Below, in pieces: positions 63,599 through 64,000 of a stretch of DNA of 64,000 nucleotides. Below the pieces are notes generated by a model, which was not told the DNA's origin, searched no databases, and worked only from the letters and a program-made list of their open reading frames with translations. The stretch lies in the NCBI GenBank assembly GCA_963737065.1, contig CAVTRC010000001.1:1376001-1440000 (forward strand), in the 5' to 3' direction. The stretch is from Candidatus Eremiobacteria bacterium. Lineage in GTDB: Bacteria; Vulcanimicrobiota; Vulcanimicrobiia; Vulcanimicrobiales; Vulcanimicrobiaceae. Each line of letters opens with the position of its first letter. Within the stretch, counting starts at the first letter, position 1. The translations under genes and the position numbers were made by a program.

Positions 63599-64000
63599 CT
63601 ACGCCGCTTTGACGCCCTGCGGCTTCGGCATGAAAAACGTGCCGCCGAAGGCAAGAACGGCGAACGCCGCAATCGTGACGTAGACGGTGACGAGGCCGAA
63701 ATCGTCGCCGATTTTTCCGAACGCGGGCGCCGCTAAGCCGCCGATCGTGTTCGCGAGTCCGAGCGTCACGCCGGACGCGACGCCGATGTGCTTGGGCAGA
63801 TACTCTTGGCCAAGGACGACGAGCACGCCGGCCGAGAGCCCGAGCGAAATGCCGAAGCCGAGTGCGAGCACGGTCATCAACGCGAACGGATGGAAATACG
63901 CGCCGCAAACCGCGAGCAATGCACCGGCGGCCGCCGTCAATGCAAGTGAAAGCGTGATGACGCGCCGTCGATCGATGCGGTCCGCGAGACGGCCGCCTTG
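63599..64000 (-). CDS. MFS transporter (FSR-like), C-terminal part, runs off the right edge
   Basis: GGRLADRIDRR motif and GQEYLPKHIGVASGVTLG. Confidence 0.85.
   Translation of the reverse strand, partial: QGGRLADRIDRRRVITLSLALTAAAGALLAVCGAYFHPFALMTVLALGFGISLGLSAGVLVVLGQEYLPKHIGVASGVTLGLANTIGGLAAPAFGKIGDDFGLVTVYVTIAAFAVLAFGGTFFMPKPQGVKAA

Overview
A GC-rich bacterial chromosomal segment, mostly core genome. The diderm marker (LptA-like gene) together with a Firmicutes-like rpiB-glyA-upp-deaminase-wecA-wecB-atp-murA-mreB gene order and a SigB/RsbW/RsbV module suggests Eremiobacterota/Vulcanimicrobiota; this is an inference. Left to right the window holds: an aldo/keto reductase, lipid kinase, SpdH-like flavoprotein, a RES-Xre toxin-antitoxin pair beside tRNA-Leu(CAG), and an htrA-MFS-AIM24-BTAD/AAA regulator-multicopper oxidase run. 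Next come an NHEJ locus (ku, ligD pol, ligD), a DUF255 protein, two GT-C-like membrane proteins, alaS, sigB-rsbW-rsbV, a cysteine desulfurase, rarA, a DPP-IV peptidase, lptA, tsaC, mreB, murA and a complete F1Fo operon with b and b'. The right end carries wecB/wecA, upp, an inserted MFS + DpnI-like cassette, glyA, rpiB, 6S RNA, an epimerase/DUF1611/peptide-uptake cluster, trmL and a GNAT. The most notable observations are: (1) a domain-swapped DpnI-like nuclease with the winged helix first; (2) one REP-like DNA motif translated in frame inside alaS, atpD and probably atpG; (3) a probable SigB-driven NHEJ operon containing a hidden truncated STAS gene; (4) two candidate sRNAs with repeated CUCC(U) anti-Shine-Dalgarno motifs; (5) non-canonical CTG and ATA start codons overlapping upstream stop codons; and (6) several small genes missed by the ORF track. 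Five apparent single-base frameshifts look like assembly errors.
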